Assembly (NCBI GenBank): GCA_018653315.1
Contig: JABIAL010000016.1
Location: 3,433-67,432, forward strand
Direction of reading: 5' to 3'
Source of the DNA: a bacterium
GTDB taxonomy: Bacteria; Patescibacteriota; Patescibacteriia; UBA1558; GWA2-36-10
Length of the DNA: 64,000 nt
Each line of letters opens with the position of its first letter. Position 1 is the first letter of the stretch. A model generated the notes under the pieces. The model made no database searches. It saw only the letters and a program-made list of their open reading frames with translations, and was not told the DNA's origin. Of the stretch, positions 26,990 through 36,082 are shown piece by piece. The translations under genes and the position numbers were made by a program.

Positions 26990-27391
26990 ATGTTTAATAT
27001 CTCAGCAAAAGCCGATTATGGCTTAATAATCATGCTAGAATTGGCCAAAAATCATGGTCAGGGTTATTTAGCTATGTCTGATATTTCTAGCACCAAAAAA
27101 TTATCTAGTCATTATTTAACTCAAATCACCAAACCTTTGCGTCAGGCTAAATTATTAGCCAGTAAAGAGGGTAAGACTGGTGGCTATACTTTGAGTAAAA
27201 ACCCAGATCAAATCACCGTGTTAGAGATAATAGAGGCCTTGGAGGGTAAGATAAAACTTAATCGTCATGATTGTTCTAGTATCTGTGTTGCTTTTGCTAA
27301 TTGTGAAGCTAAAACCATCTGGCCAACTATTATGATAGATATTAAAAAATTATTACAAGCTAAGACCTTAGCTGATTTGTTAAAAAAATAA
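26990..27391 (+). CDS. Rrf2-family transcriptional regulator (IscR/SufR-like, 3 Cys)
   Basis: Rrf2 wHTH N-terminus (DYGLIIMLELAKNHGQGYLAMSDIS) and a Cys cluster (CSSICVAFANC). Confidence 0.8.
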   Translation: MFNISAKADYGLIIMLELAKNHGQGYLAMSDISSTKKLSSHYLTQITKPLRQAKLLASKEGKTGGYTLSKNPDQITVLEIIEALEGKIKLNRHDCSSICVAFANCEAKTIWPTIMIDIKKLLQAKTLADLLKK

Positions 27392-27399
27392 TCTAACTT

Positions 27400-28158
27400 A
27401 TGAAATTATTATTACAAATTAAAAATTTACATATTGCCGTTGATGATCGAGAGATAATCAAGGGCTTAGATTTAGAAATTAAATCTGGAGAAATACATAT
27501 TATCATGGGACCAAATGGAGCTGGCAAGTCTACTTTGTCAAATGCTTTGTTAGGAGATCCAAGTCTTGATCTTAAACAAGGAAAGATTGTTTTTGTTGAT
27601 AAAAATATTAGTGATTTCAAGACAGAAGATAGAGCCAAACTTGGATTGTTTATGTCTTGGCAACATCCGCCAGAAATTACCGGAGTTAGTTTGGATCAGT
27701 TTTTGTTTTTAGCTTATAAAAATATTATGTTAGCTCAAGATAAAAAATGGCAGGCACCTAGTATTTTTGAGTTTAAACAAAAATTAGAGCAAGAAGCAGC
27801 TAAATTAGAAATTCCAATTAAGTTTTTACAACGCAGTTTAAACGTTGGATTTTCTGGTGGTGAAAAAAAGAAAATTGAAATGTTACAATTAGCTATTTTA
27901 GAACCCAAGCTAGCCATTTTAGATGAAACGGATTCAGGTTTAGATGTTGATGCTATTAAACTTTTACATCAAGCGATTAAGGAATTTAAAGTTAAAGATC
28001 GAGCAGTTCTATTAATCACTCATCATCCAAATATTTTGGATTATATTAAACCAGACTATGTCCATATTATGATTGATGGTCAGATTGTTAAATCTGGTAG
28101 TCAAGATTTAATTAAGGAAGTGCAAAAAGCAGGTTTTAAATCATATGTCCAAAGCTAA
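27400..28158 (+). CDS. sufC: Fe-S cluster assembly ATPase SufC
   Basis: Walker A GPNGAGKST, ABC signature FSGGEKKK, Walker B ILDETDSGLD. Confidence 0.9.
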   Translation: MKLLLQIKNLHIAVDDREIIKGLDLEIKSGEIHIIMGPNGAGKSTLSNALLGDPSLDLKQGKIVFVDKNISDFKTEDRAKLGLFMSWQHPPEITGVSLDQFLFLAYKNIMLAQDKKWQAPSIFEFKQKLEQEAAKLEIPIKFLQRSLNVGFSGGEKKKIEMLQLAILEPKLAILDETDSGLDVDAIKLLHQAIKEFKVKDRAVLLITHHPNILDYIKPDYVHIMIDGQIVKSGSQDLIKEVQKAGFKSYVQS

Positions 28159-29539
28159 AGATACCAAAGAAAAGTTATGGGGCAATGCTAATCCAGCGCC
28201 TTATATGCAAGCTACTAGCCGTGGTTTGACTAAAAAAATTGTTAAACAAATATCGGCTAGTAAACATGAACCAAATTGGATGCTACAACATCGTTTGGAT
28301 AGTTTGGAGTTGTTTAAAAATATGCCAATGCCAAATTGGGGACCTGATTTATCTAAATTAGATTTGGATAAAATTACTTATTTTGCCCAAGCTCATGATC
28401 AGCAAGCTACGGATTGGAAAGATGTGCCGAAAGATATTAAAAATACTTTTGATAAACTAGGCATTCCTCAAGCAGAGCAAAAAGCTTTGGCTGGTGTAGG
28501 TGCTCAATATGAATCAACTGTGATTTATCATAATCTAAAACAACAATGGCAAGACCAGGGCGTTATTTTTGAGGACATGGATGTAGCTTTACAAAAATAC
28601 CCAGAGTTAATGTCTGAATATTTTATGAAAGCAGTACCGTCTCACTTGCATAAGTTTACCGCTTTACACGGCGCTGTTTGGTCTGGTGGTACATTTTTAT
28701 ATGTGCCAAAAGGGGTAAATATTGATTTGCCTTTGCAAGCTTACTTTAGAATGAATGCTAAGGGCATGGGCCAGTTTGAACATACTTTAATTATCGTAGA
28801 GGAGGATGCTCAAGCTCATTATATTGAAGGTTGTAGTGCACCACGATACGGAGTAGATTCTTTGCATGCTGGTTGTGTAGAAATTTATGTAAAAAAGAAT
28901 GCCCGTTTTCGTTACAGTAGTGTTGAAAGTTGGAGTAAAGATGCTTACAATTTAAATACTAAACGAGCGATTGTAGAGGAAAATGCCCGAATAGAATGGG
29001 TTGGAGGTAATTTTGGTAGTAATGTGACCATGCTTTATCCTTGTTCTGTTTTGAAGGGTCTTGGTGCTTCTGCTGATCATCTTGGTTTGGCTTTTGCAAA
29101 TTCAGGACAAATTCAAGATGCTGGAGCTAAAGTTATTCATTTAGCATCACAGACAAGTTCAAATATTGTAATGAAAAGTATTTCTAAAGGCGGGGGCGTG
29201 TCTTTATATCGTGGCTTGGTAGACATTAGTGCTAAGGCAGACAATGTTTCGATTAGCGTCAATTGTGATGCTTTATTACTTGATGATAATTCCCATTCGG
29301 ATACTATACCAGTGATGAAAATAAATAATGCTACAGCTACAGTGGTTCACGAAGCCAGAGCTGGTAAGATTTCAGCCAAGGATTTATTTTATTTACAATC
29401 TCGTGGTTTGAGCGAGGAAGAAGCTATTAATATGATCGTTAATGGTTTTATTGAGCCAATTACACGTGAGTTACCTCTGGAATATGCAGTAGAAATGAAT
29501 AGAATGATAGAGTTAGAAATAGAAGGAGGGATAGGATAG
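28145..29539 (+). CDS. sufB: Fe-S cluster assembly protein SufB
   Basis: 464 aa of SufB/SufD family beta-helix with a conserved C-terminal region. Its position follows sufC. Confidence 0.88.
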   Translation: MSKAKDTKEKLWGNANPAPYMQATSRGLTKKIVKQISASKHEPNWMLQHRLDSLELFKNMPMPNWGPDLSKLDLDKITYFAQAHDQQATDWKDVPKDIKNTFDKLGIPQAEQKALAGVGAQYESTVIYHNLKQQWQDQGVIFEDMDVALQKYPELMSEYFMKAVPSHLHKFTALHGAVWSGGTFLYVPKGVNIDLPLQAYFRMNAKGMGQFEHTLIIVEEDAQAHYIEGCSAPRYGVDSLHAGCVEIYVKKNARFRYSSVESWSKDAYNLNTKRAIVEENARIEWVGGNFGSNVTMLYPCSVLKGLGASADHLGLAFANSGQIQDAGAKVIHLASQTSSNIVMKSISKGGGVSLYRGLVDISAKADNVSISVNCDALLLDDNSHSDTIPVMKINNATATVVHEARAGKISAKDLFYLQSRGLSEEEAINMIVNGFIEPITRELPLEYAVEMNRMIELEIEGGIG

Positions 29540-29540
29540 T

Positions 29541-30317
29541 ATGATAGCTAATAAAAAAATAATCTATATTGAACCACTTAAAAATAAAAAAAGAAACATT
29601 GTAGTAGATGAAGATAGTGTGGTGATAGAAGTGATAGATGAAGATAGTAAAGATTTTGATAAATTCAAAACTAATATTAGCATTGCTGATAACATCAATG
29701 TTGAATATGTTTATTTGTTTAACAAAAATATAACTAGTCCAATTATAGAAGATAGAGAAATTAAATTGGGTATTAATACTCGGTTAAAAAATTATTATTG
29801 TTATTTAGGAAGCAATTTTACTGTTACTTTAAAACAACAATTAGATAGTCATTCAGAGCTTGATCATAATGTAGTATTTTTAGCTGATCAGAAGAATAAT
29901 TTAAATATTCAAGCCAAAAATAATTTTCTTTACCCGAAGGCTAAGGGTGTCTTCACAATTCAAGGCATTGTCAAAGATCAGGCCAGGGCTGGTTATTACA
30001 GTAGTATTATTATTGACCAGATAGCAAAAGATGCAAATGCTAAATTAGAAATGTCGGCTATTAATTTAAGTAAAGAGGCAAAAATTAGTTTAGTTCCCGC
30101 TTTGAAAGTAGCTACTAACCAAGTAAATGCTTCGCACTCTGCTCGAATTAGTAATTTAAGTAAAAAGCAATTATTTTATTTGAATAGTCGGGGAATAGAT
30201 AAGATTCAAGCACAAGAATTATTAATTCAAAGTGTTTTTCAATCTTTCTTAGATAAACTACCAAATGAAGAAATTAAAAATAAAATTGAGGCTTTATTAA
30301 AAAATAAATTATCATGA
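29541..30317 (+). CDS. sufD: SufD-like protein (short SufBD-family member)
   Basis: 258 aa, located between sufB and sufS. The C-terminal region carries a SufBD-like repeat pattern. It is divergent and shorter than canonical SufD. Confidence 0.5.
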   Translation: MIANKKIIYIEPLKNKKRNIVVDEDSVVIEVIDEDSKDFDKFKTNISIADNINVEYVYLFNKNITSPIIEDREIKLGINTRLKNYYCYLGSNFTVTLKQQLDSHSELDHNVVFLADQKNNLNIQAKNNFLYPKAKGVFTIQGIVKDQARAGYYSSIIIDQIAKDANAKLEMSAINLSKEAKISLVPALKVATNQVNASHSARISNLSKKQLFYLNSRGIDKIQAQELLIQSVFQSFLDKLPNEEIKNKIEALLKNKLS

Positions 30318-31531
30318 AAAATATCAGAGCACAATTTCCTATTTTAAAACAAAAGATTAATGGTCAAGATTTAATCTATTTTGATAACGCAGCTACTTCT
30401 CAAAAACCGCAAGTAGTAATAAATGCTGTTAGTGAATTTTATAGTAAATATAATTCTAATATTCATCGTGGTCTGAATCCTTTGGTAGATCAGGCTACTC
30501 AGATGTATGAAGAGGCGAGAATTTCGGTGGCTAAATTTATTAATGCTCAATCTGCTGCAGAGATTATTTTTACTCGTAATACTACGGAAAGCATAAATTT
30601 AGTTGCTCAGAGTTTTGGCCGTAAGTTTTTAAAAGCAGGCGATACAGTTGTTTTATCTATTTGTGAACATCACTCAAACATTGTGCCGTGGCTACAGCTA
30701 AAAGAAGAGTTAAATATAAATTTAGAATTTATAGACTTAAATAAATCTGGTGAGTTAGATTTATCAGAAGCAGAAAAGTTATTAAATAACAAAAAAGTGA
30801 AATTACTAAGTATTCAAAGTGCTTCAAATACTTTGGGTTTAACGCATGATATAGATAAATTACTAGATTTAGCTAAGAAAAATAACGTCGTCAGCTTAGT
30901 TGACGCGGCTCAAAGTATTAGCCATCAACAAATAGACGTACAAAAATTAAATTGTGATTTTTTAGTTTTTTCTGGGCATAAAATGTTTGGCCCAACTGGC
31001 ATTGGTGTTTTATATGGCAAAAAAGATTTATTAAATAAAATGCCAGCTTGGCAAGGCGGAGGAGATATGATTGGCGAAGTATTCTTGGATCATTTTACAG
31101 TAAATGACTTGCCACATAAGTTTGAAGCTGGTACACCAAATATTGTCGGGGCTATTGGCTTAAAAGCAGCTATTGATTTTATTCAAGATATTAGCTGGAA
31201 AGAAATTAAAGCTCAGGAAGTAGATTTAACTAAATATTTATTAACTAAATTGTCGAAACTTGATTTTATAAAGATTTATGGTAGTACAAATTTAGTTAAT
31301 CATTTACCAGTGTTAGCTTTTAATATCAAAGGTGTACATGCTCATGATGTGGCAGATATTTTAGGTGAAAAAGGGATTATGATTAGAGCTGGCCAACATT
31401 GCACCCAGCCTTTACATGATTATTTACAAATTCCAGCTACAGCTAGAGTTAGTTTATCTATTTATAATACCAAACAGGAAGTAGATAAATTAGTAGAAGA
31501 ATTACAAAAAATTTATATTAAATTTAAATAA
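30314..31531 (+). CDS. sufS: cysteine desulfurase SufS (class II aminotransferase)
   Basis: PLP-Lys motif SGHKMFGPTGIGVLYG and the catalytic Cys region RAGQHCTQP. Confidence 0.9.
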   Translation: MKNIRAQFPILKQKINGQDLIYFDNAATSQKPQVVINAVSEFYSKYNSNIHRGLNPLVDQATQMYEEARISVAKFINAQSAAEIIFTRNTTESINLVAQSFGRKFLKAGDTVVLSICEHHSNIVPWLQLKEELNINLEFIDLNKSGELDLSEAEKLLNNKKVKLLSIQSASNTLGLTHDIDKLLDLAKKNNVVSLVDAAQSISHQQIDVQKLNCDFLVFSGHKMFGPTGIGVLYGKKDLLNKMPAWQGGGDMIGEVFLDHFTVNDLPHKFEAGTPNIVGAIGLKAAIDFIQDISWKEIKAQEVDLTKYLLTKLSKLDFIKIYGSTNLVNHLPVLAFNIKGVHAHDVADILGEKGIMIRAGQHCTQPLHDYLQIPATARVSLSIYNTKQEVDKLVEELQKIYIKFK

Positions 31532-31532
31532 G

Positions 31533-31931
31533 ATGGATATATATGCACAAAATGTAATGGATCACTATAAGTGTCCTCGTAATCAAGGAGAAATAGATAA
31601 TCCTAGTATGTCTGGCAAGCAGGTTAATCGTTCTTGTGGAGATACTTTAGTTGTTGATTTAAAAGTAAAAGATGATAAAATTATTGATCTTAAATTTCAA
31701 GGACAAGGCTGTGCTATTTCTCAGGCTGCTATGTCGATATTAAGTGAATCGATAATTGATCAAACTATTGAGCAAGTTTTAATTTTAAAACATAAGGATG
31801 TTTTAAAATTGTTAGGCGTAGAAGTAGGACAACGCAGATTTAAGTGTGTGCTTTTAGGTTTGTTAACTGTACAAAATATTATTTTACGTAAACAAAAAAA
31901 GCCAGAGCGAGTCTGGAATGATTTTGTTTAA
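31533..31931 (+). CDS. sufU: SufU/IscU-like sulfur-transfer / scaffold protein
   Basis: NifU-N-like fold with three Cys (SCGDT, GQGCAIS, KCVLLG). Confidence 0.8.
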   Translation: MDIYAQNVMDHYKCPRNQGEIDNPSMSGKQVNRSCGDTLVVDLKVKDDKIIDLKFQGQGCAISQAAMSILSESIIDQTIEQVLILKHKDVLKLLGVEVGQRRFKCVLLGLLTVQNIILRKQKKPERVWNDFV

Positions 31932-31939
31932 ATAAAAAA

Positions 31940-31979
31940 CCTCGACACTCAACAACTGATGTTGTGTATTGTGTCGAGG
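31940..31979 (-). terminator. intrinsic terminator for the minus-strand lipoprotein gene (also ends the suf operon region)
   Basis: 9-bp stem cctcgacac/gtgtcgagg with an inner hairpin. It is followed by a U-run on the minus strand (aaaaaataaa on plus). Confidence 0.55.
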
Positions 31980-31991
31980 TCCAGCAGGGTA

Positions 31992-32414
31992 TTATCGTCT
32001 GATTAAGTGTAGATTTCGTCGAGAGACTACGCTGCTATCAGATCTTAAGATTGACTCAATTCGATAGAAGCCGCCGTCTAATCCGGCTTGATAGCGAACA
32101 TCTGCTAGTCGTGTAGCAGAGTAATCATTATTTAAGATTTGATGTCGGACATACTGCCAATTTCCTTCATTTGGGTCTACGTAATACTTGTAGATCCGTA
32201 GAAATTTGAGTGGCGGATGCGGGTTATAGATCGAGCAAGTATCTCGAAATGTTTCAGCTGGAAACCACAGGCTATCTGCACTGTATTCAATCAATGAATT
32301 GTTGCCATCTGTTTTGAGTTGAAAATCAAGATCGCCAAGCTTGGCATTAGTTTCGCACCCTAGAATAAGGGTAAAAAGTAGCATGCTCATAAGAATTGTT
32401 TTGAAAAACGTCAT
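31992..32414 (-). CDS. lipoprotein, hypothetical (GC-richer than surroundings)
   Basis: Start MTFFKTILMSMLLFTLILGC (lipobox LILGC) preceded by AGGAG. The ORF track's longer form starts in the signal-less upstream region. Local GC is clearly above genome background. Confidence 0.5.
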   Translation of the reverse strand: MTFFKTILMSMLLFTLILGCETNAKLGDLDFQLKTDGNNSLIEYSADSLWFPAETFRDTCSIYNPHPPLKFLRIYKYYVDPNEGNWQYVRHQILNNDYSATRLADVRYQAGLDGGFYRIESILRSDSSVVSRRNLHLIRR

Positions 32415-32580
32415 GTCTTTCTCCTGCTTTGTGTTGTCAATTGTGCTATTCTTCGGTATTATATCATATTTTATATATATTGTCAATAGCAAGAAAAAAG
32501 GGGATAAAACAGTTGACAATAAGCTTATTTTTTGTTAATCTATGGATACTTTTTTGTAAAAATATTATAAATAGAAAATT

Positions 32581-32898
32581 ATGTTAGCTGTTATTAAAAC
32601 TGGTGGAAAACAATATCAAGTAAAACAAGGTGATGTTTTGAGCATCGAAAAATTACCAGATAATCAAGATGGAGACAAAGTAGTTTTTGATCAAGTTTTA
32701 TTATTGATTGATGATAAGGATAATGTCACTATGGGTGATCCAATAGTAAAATCTGCTAAAGTAGAAGCTAAATTAATCCGTAACTACAAAGATAAAAAAG
32801 TTACCGTGATTAAATACAAAGCTAAAACTCGTTATAAAAAAACAGTTGGTCATCGTCAACACCAAGCTGAGATCAAGATTGAAAAGATTGTAGCTTAA
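32581..32898 (+). CDS. rplU: 50S ribosomal protein L21
   Basis: The MLAVIKTGGKQYQVKQGDVL N-terminus is diagnostic of L21. Confidence 0.9.
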   Translation: MLAVIKTGGKQYQVKQGDVLSIEKLPDNQDGDKVVFDQVLLLIDDKDNVTMGDPIVKSAKVEAKLIRNYKDKKVTVIKYKAKTRYKKTVGHRQHQAEIKIEKIVA

Positions 32899-32922
32899 AT
32901 TAAATTTACTTATATTAAAAAA

Positions 32923-32947
32923 CACCTCAATTGACTGAGGTGTTTTT
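32923..32947. terminator. bidirectional terminator shared by rplU and convergent recR
   Basis: cacctca-attgac-tgaggtg flanked by an A-run and a T-run. Confidence 0.7.
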
Positions 32948-33539
32948 ATATTTTCTTACGATTTTCTAAAGCTGATGATAAAGTAATTTCATCAGTGTAT
33001 TCTATATTGGCACCCATCGGAATGCCACGTGCTAATTGGCTTGTTGTGATATCATATTTTTTTAATAGCTTAGCTAGATAAATAGCCGTAGCTTCACCTT
33101 CCATGCTTTGATCTAAAACTAAAATTATTTCCTTAACTTGTTTATCTACTATTCTTTGTTCTAGTTCACTTATTTTTAGTTTATCGGGTGTGATGCCATC
33201 TAAAGGATTTATTACACCATTAAGTAAATGATAAGTGCCAGTAAATTGTCCGGTTTTTTCTACTGCCTCTACATCTTGGTTATGAGCCACAACACAAACT
33301 ACGGTTTGGTCACGATTTGGATTACCACAGATATTACATAAATCATTATCAGATAGGTTAAAACACTGCGGACAAAGATGAATCTGTCCATGCGCATCGT
33401 TAAGAGCATCGGCAAAAGATTTAATGTCTTCTTTACGATGTAGTAAATCAAAAACTAAGCGGGAGGCAGTTTTTGGTCCAATTCCCGGTAGTTTATCGAA
33501 TTCAGCTATTAGCCTTTGGATGAAATCTGGTAGATGCAC
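32946..33539 (-). CDS. recR: recombination protein RecR
   Basis: HhH N-terminus (KLPGIGPKTASRLVF), C4 zinc finger (CPQC...CNIC) and Toprim domain. Confidence 0.9.
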   Translation of the reverse strand: MHLPDFIQRLIAEFDKLPGIGPKTASRLVFDLLHRKEDIKSFADALNDAHGQIHLCPQCFNLSDNDLCNICGNPNRDQTVVCVVAHNQDVEAVEKTGQFTGTYHLLNGVINPLDGITPDKLKISELEQRIVDKQVKEIILVLDQSMEGEATAIYLAKLLKKYDITTSQLARGIPMGANIEYTDEITLSSALENRKKI

Positions 33540-33606
33540 TATGGTGGATTAAATTAATATTTTAATTTATACTAAATTTTTTGTCATCCCGAACGTAGTT
33601 GAGGGA

Positions 33607-33900
33607 TTATTTCATTCCAGGAAAGTTAAAATCTCCTGATTGTTGCATTTTCATTGCCATTTTTCTTTGTACTTTTTTGATGCATTCAGCTACAGCATCT
33701 TTAATACCTTTTTCTAAGTCAGATTTATTATTAGCAGATAACATTTCTGGTTTGATATCCAAAGTTTTAATTTCTTGGTTACCATCCATGATAATTTTTA
33801 CAGCTTTGTTTTCTACTTCAACGCTTTCTTTAGCCATCATGCTTTTTAAGTCATTGGCTTGTTTTCTTAAATCGTTGAATTGTTTTAGTTTGTTGAACAT
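33607..33900 (-). CDS. ybaB: nucleoid-associated protein YbaB/EbfC
   Basis: 97-aa protein matching the YbaB pattern (MFNKLKQF..LRKQA......E...VEV...AVKI.M.GN.E...L.I.PE). Confidence 0.85.
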   Translation of the reverse strand: MFNKLKQFNDLRKQANDLKSMMAKESVEVENKAVKIIMDGNQEIKTLDIKPEMLSANNKSDLEKGIKDAVAECIKKVQRKMAMKMQQSGDFNFPGMK

Positions 33901-33934
33901 ATTTTTGTTTATTAATAATTTTTAAATTATTTTA

Positions 33935-35377
33935 TTATGTATTAGGTTTTGCATTGTCCTCATTCATATTTTGCCAGCCACCAACTTGTTGAATAGGTGG
34001 TGGCTCATTTTCGACTGGAGGCGGAGTATTAGCATTGATGTGTTGTTTTTCCATGCTACGGAAAGTCACTTTAGTATCATCAAAAAATAAATTGATGATG
34101 CCAGTTGGACCATTACGATGTTTTTCTATGTGTAATTCAACTAAGTTTTTTTCATCTTCAGGACAATCACGAGATTTATCTCTAGATTTACGATAAATAA
34201 ACATAACAATGTCTGCATCTTGTTCAATAGAACCTGATTCACGTAGATCGGCTAATTTTGGAATAGCTGGTGACCTGTTTTCTACTGCTCGAGATAATTG
34301 AGATAATGCTAGTACAGGTATATCTAATTCTTTGGCTAATTGTTTTAAAGCACGGGATATTTCAGAAATTTCTTGGACACGATTTTCATTACTACGTCCT
34401 TCCATTAATTGTAAATAGTCGATAACTAAAAATCCTACGCCATGTTCCATTTTTAAACGACGAGCTTTAGTACGTAATTCCATGATATTAGCTCCAGCTG
34501 AATCGTCGATAAAAATTGGCGCTTCAGATAATACACCCATGGCACGACCAATACGAGGGAAATCATCATCATCTTCTTTGTCGGATAGTTTACCAGTACG
34601 CATGCGCCAAAGATCAACCCCAGCTTCAGTGGCTAATAGTTTATCTACTAATTGTTCCTTAGACATTTCTAAAGAAAAGATGCCAACTGGAATTTTAGAT
34701 TTTACAGCAATAGTACGTAAAATATCTAAAGCTAAAGTAGTTTTACCAACTGAAGGACGAGCCGCTAGGATAATAAGATCAGAGTTTTGGAAACCAGATA
34801 ATAGCTTATCTAAATCATTATAGCCAGTAGGAATACCACGTACACCATTGCCACCGGATTTATGTAGTTCATCAATACGATTAAAGGTATCTTGCAAGAT
34901 ATTTTTGACAGGAATGAAATTTTGCCTTAGTGAGTGTTGGGAAATAGCAAAAAGTTTTTGTTCAGCCTTGTCTAATGTTTTTTCTACATCTTCTTCTTCA
35001 GAAAAAGAAAATTCAGATATTTCTGCGGCTGCTGTCTCTAATTGACGTAAAATAGATTTTTTACGAATAATATTAGCATAAGATTTAACATGAGAGGCGC
35101 TAGGTACAGCGGCTGTTAGTTCTGCTAGATATGCTTTACCACCAATTTGTTCTAGTTGTTTTTTTTCACCTAAACGATTACCAACAGAAAGAATATCTAT
35201 TGGCTCGTGTTTATCTAATAAATCCAAAATAGATTCAAAGATCATGCCGTGCTTATTATTATAAAAGTCATGCGGAGTAATTCCGTCAGCAACTTTAATA
35301 ATAGCTTCTTTGTCTATTAGGATAGCACCTAATAAGGAAGCCTCAGCTTCTAGATTTTGTGGGGGCAATTTACTCAT
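33935..35377 (-). CDS. dnaB: replicative DNA helicase DnaB
   Basis: N-terminal PPQNLEAEASLLGAIL, Walker A GARPSVGKTTLAL and the RecA-like C-terminal domain. Confidence 0.9.
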   Translation of the reverse strand: MSKLPPQNLEAEASLLGAILIDKEAIIKVADGITPHDFYNNKHGMIFESILDLLDKHEPIDILSVGNRLGEKKQLEQIGGKAYLAELTAAVPSASHVKSYANIIRKKSILRQLETAAAEISEFSFSEEEDVEKTLDKAEQKLFAISQHSLRQNFIPVKNILQDTFNRIDELHKSGGNGVRGIPTGYNDLDKLLSGFQNSDLIILAARPSVGKTTLALDILRTIAVKSKIPVGIFSLEMSKEQLVDKLLATEAGVDLWRMRTGKLSDKEDDDDFPRIGRAMGVLSEAPIFIDDSAGANIMELRTKARRLKMEHGVGFLVIDYLQLMEGRSNENRVQEISEISRALKQLAKELDIPVLALSQLSRAVENRSPAIPKLADLRESGSIEQDADIVMFIYRKSRDKSRDCPEDEKNLVELHIEKHRNGPTGIINLFFDDTKVTFRSMEKQHINANTPPPVENEPPPIQQVGGWQNMNEDNAKPNT

Positions 35378-35447
35378 AGTAGACTTAGCTTACTCTATTT
35401 TATTTGATTTTTCAAGGTGTTTTTTATCGACAGTTTATACCCATTTT

Positions 35448-35485
35448 ATCCAAAAAAATAAACCCGTCTACAATAGCAGACGGGT
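35448..35485 (-). terminator. minus-strand intrinsic terminator upstream of dnaB
   Basis: acccgtct-gctattgt-agacgggt, then tttatttttttgg on the minus strand. Confidence 0.6.
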
Positions 35486-35592
35486 GTCTTAAACGTGTTA
35501 TGCAATGCTTTATCAGATTGTTATAGGCTGTTGATCAGCTTAGTTACTGATCAAATCTGATTTTTGCCGGCATTACTGCGGCGCTCGTGTGT

Positions 35593-35658
35593 TTATTTGG
35601 CTTTGTTTGTCGTGGCGTCGAAACGCTGGGTGTTGATCGAAGGGCTAAACACAATCAT
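35593..35658 (-). other. 21-codon ORF with a perfect SD (AAGGAGG-6-ATG) inside a GC-rich repeat-containing region; possible leader peptide or spurious
   Basis: MIVFSPSINTQRFDATTNKAK. It overlaps a copy of the ..cgaaacg..tcgaagggc.aaaca repeat. Confidence 0.2.
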
Positions 35659-35769
35659 AAGCAGCCTCCTTAGAGTTAGCTTCCATTTGCCATTAGACAG
35701 GGCCGGACAGATGTCCGCCGAAAGTACGTTTATGTTCATATCTTAATATATATTTATTATTTTGTAAAT

Positions 35770-35799
35770 AGAAAATAAAAAACAAGGCTTTAACCTTGT
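35770..35799 (-). terminator. terminator of the tRNA-Lys transcription unit
   Basis: The minus strand reads acaagg-ttaaag-ccttgt followed by ttttttatttt. Confidence 0.5.
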
Positions 35800-35913
35800 G
35801 TGTAGATGATGTGTGTCCTTCGATTCCTTCTCGTTATTCTCCGAAGTCACTCAGGACAAGTTTCTCCAAGCTGAAGCGGCTCGACTGAGCTCGCCGTAGT
35901 CCTTGTCGAAGCT

Positions 35914-35989
35914 TGGTGCGCCCAGTAGGATTTGAACCTACGACCATCAGCTTAAAAGGCTGCTGCTCTACCAACTGAGCTATAGGCGC
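35914..35989 (-). tRNA. tRNA-Lys (anticodon UUU), CCA encoded
   Basis: Reverse-complement cloverleaf: acceptor gcgccta/tgggcgc; anticodon loop ctTTTaa; T-loop ttcaaat; discriminator a; CCA. Confidence 0.85.
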
Positions 35990-36009
35990 ATGTGTAAAAT
36001 ACGAGCTTT

Positions 36010-36038
36010 ATTATAGGGTATTTTAGCTTAATTGTCAA
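36010..36038 (-). promoter_or_regulatory. consensus sigma70 promoter (TTGACA-17-TATAAT) driving tRNA-Lys
   Basis: Minus-strand ttgaca (plus 36033-36038) and tataat (plus 36010-36015) with a 17-nt spacer. Confidence 0.6.
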
Positions 36039-36082
36039 AGGGGGTTCAAGGGGGATGTGCCCCCTTGGAACAAAAAATAAAA

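Noticed and set aside
33599-33925. Plus-strand ORF antisense to ybaB
   Set aside because: It is fully antisense to a conserved YbaB gene; a hydrophobic artefact.
35310-35746. Plus-strand ORFs 35310..35492 and 35564..35746
   Set aside because: They lie in the GC-rich repeat and terminator region between dnaB and tRNA-Lys, with no RBS. The region is better explained by minus-strand RNA features.
35400-35760. Possible tmRNA, RNase P RNA, SRP RNA or 6S RNA in the GC-rich intergenic region
   Set aside because: No tmRNA tRNA-like 3' end (T-arm GGTTCGA / CCA) or tag ORF ending in AA. No RNase P P4 strands (AGGAAAGTCCGGGC / ACAGAA.CCGGCTTA). No SRP domain IV motif.
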